DNA of 64,000 bases from the NCBI RefSeq assembly GCF_963921235.1, contig NC_086097.1, forward strand, positions 186,870,001 through 186,934,000. Direction: 5' to 3'. The stretch is from Mobula hypostoma (lineage: Eukaryota). Of the stretch, positions 61,916 to 64,000 are shown piece by piece; the stretch's first letter is position 1, and every line of letters begins with the position of its first letter. Under the pieces are notes generated by a model that searched no databases, was not told the origin of the DNA, and saw only the letters and a program-made list of their open reading frames with translations. Both the position numbers and the translations under genes were made by a program.

Positions 61916-62519
61916 TGCCCCCTGATGACAATGCAGTACCCAAGCCAAGTTTAAGATGGGGGGGGGGGAGGATATGTTATGTATTGCTGTCAAGCGTTCC
62001 TGTGTGATATGTTGTGAACATAATATGAGAAGGCATTCTGGTAGAGGATTTGCAAATCAAATAAACAACAGTGCATTTGTTCCTCACCTCTCTGTCTCTC
62101 GTGTACTATTCAAGACCACCCATCTTCCAGACACAGCTGCAACCTAACCAGAATTTTACAAAGTTGAAACATAACTTACTGGCTCTTGAACTCACTGCTT
62201 TGACTAATAAAGGCAATTACAAAATCTATTTTCATAGTGGAGTTATAGGTTGAAGACTTCAGGTGCAAAGTTTTAGTCTTAGATCTGCCTGACACTCTCT
62301 TTAAAATTAAATTGCCTCTTTGTGAGTGTTGAGGCAAAACTTTAAAATTACAAAATCATAAAAGTGCATTAAATGTGTCAGATATTCAGATATATAGAAT
62401 TTATTTCTCAATATCTGCATCTGTTCATTAATTTTATATGTCTGAATTTGAGATGTGTAGAATTAATGATCCACCGATATGCAGATAACTTTCCTTCTAC
62501 CTTCTCCCTCCAGGTTAGA

Positions 62520-62650
62520 AATCTGTCCTGAAGAAGGGTCCCGGCCAAAACATTGACTGTATATTCTTTTCTATAGGTACTGCCTGACCTGCTGAGTGCT
62601 TCCAGCATTTTGTGTGCATTACTTTGGATTTCTAATATTTGCAGGCTCTT
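62520..62650 (+). mobile_element. Penelope terminal-repeat fragment with a degenerate hammerhead motif
   Basis: GTC-CTGAAGA-AGGGTCCCGGCC-AAAA-CATT-GAC followed by tgcctgacctgctgagtgcttccagc. Confidence 0.65.
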
Positions 62651-64000
62651 TTACATTTAAAGAAGATGCAAAGGCTTGAAACGCTCCATAAGACTCAAGG
62701 ACAACTTCTATCCCATTGTAATATGACTCTTGAGTGAAACTCATGTATGATAAATTTAAATCATCATGCTCCTGGAACCTATATCCTGCATTCTGTTATT
62801 GCTCTTCCCTTGTACTGCCTCAATGTACTTGTGTTTTGAAATGATTTGTAGAGATGACATATAAAGTTTTCCATTGTATCTCTCTATATTTAACAATAAT
62901 AAGCAAATTAACAATGTTTTCCACTTTTCCAGGATGAGGATTGAGAGAATGTATTTTCCCGGTTGATATAAAATTAGTGGGTATATTTTCAGGTGAAGAG
63001 GTTGACTATTTGTGAAAGAAGGAGGAATTTCTTTTCTCACAAGTTCTGAATCAAGTCTCTGGATATTGAATCATTAAATATACTCAAGATTAAGATAAGC
63101 AGATCTTTGGAGTGTAATGGAATTAAGCATAAGAAAATAAAGTTGAGGTAAAGGATCAGATCAGCCATGATTATATTGAAAGTCACATTTGGTGGGAAGA
63201 ATCAGTGGTCTACTACCTTAACAGATGTCCTGGTGTCAAGTGGTCTGTGCAAGTTACATTCATGAGCTCCCACAGATTGCCTCCTTTGTGCAAAGTAGGA
63301 CTCCACTCAAAGAAATACTTTCTCTTTGTTGCCTGTTAACATCACTTTAACTCTTGTTCCAATGCTGTCTTCATGTCAAATGTAGACACTCTCACATTAC
63401 CTCTGAATTCTGCTCTTGGCTCCTTCGGTAGACTGCCTATACTTCTTACTGCCTCATCGGGCAACCAGAATAACCAAAGACCTCATCCACACACCCACTC
63501 GAGCAGAAGATACAGAAGCCTGAAAGCACGTATCATTCAATAAGGAAGTGCAGCTTCCACCCCGCTGTAATAAGACAGTAGAGTTTTTCCCTAGAACACT
63601 AAGATAGGCTCAAGCTTAATGGTCTACCTTGTTATGACCTTGCACCTTTTTGTTTACGTGCACTACGCTTTCTCTGTAGCTGTTACATTTTATTTTGTAT
63701 TCTGCTATTATTTTACCTTGTTCTATCTCAATACACAATGTAATGATTTGACCTGTATGATCAGTATACAGTGTAAGCTTTATACTGTATCTTCTGTGTA
63801 GAAGTCCCAGTGTCAGAGTGTGCAAAACTTGATCTGCAGTTAGGGAAACATTTTGCATCTAGTGATTATAATGCCATCAGTTTCAAGGTAATTATGGACA
63901 AGAATAAGTCAGATCCTTGGATTGAGACTCTAAATTGAAGAAAGGCCAACTTTGATAGTTTCAGAAAGGATCTGGCAAGTGTGGACTGGGATAGCTTGTT

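Overview
Vertebrate-type, repeat-dense genomic DNA with no intact host protein-coding gene. The repeat repertoire (CR1, Rex1/Babar-like, Penelope-like, RTE, L1/Tx1, R4/Dong-like, Gypsy) suggests a cartilaginous fish, probably a ray. That assignment is inference from recalled repeat families, not a database search. Most of the window is layered, nested retrotransposon debris, and nearly all ORFs in the track are TE fragments or chance ORFs. Non-TE content is (i) a CpG-rich promoter-like patch near 2.0-2.2 kb with candidate non-coding minus-strand exons and (ii) a degraded, intronless EIF4ENIF1 (4E-T) retrocopy at about 60.06-61.9 kb that the ORF track misses. Other notable items are minimal hammerhead-ribozyme motifs in Penelope terminal repeats, a BovB-type RTE, fold-back palindromes at the 5' truncation points of retroelements, and a ~5.75 kb inversion (about 43,080-48,832) reconstructed from broken elements and flipped target-site duplications (TSDs). 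I found no evidence for a wholly new multi-gene system. Boundaries are approximate unless a TSD is quoted.
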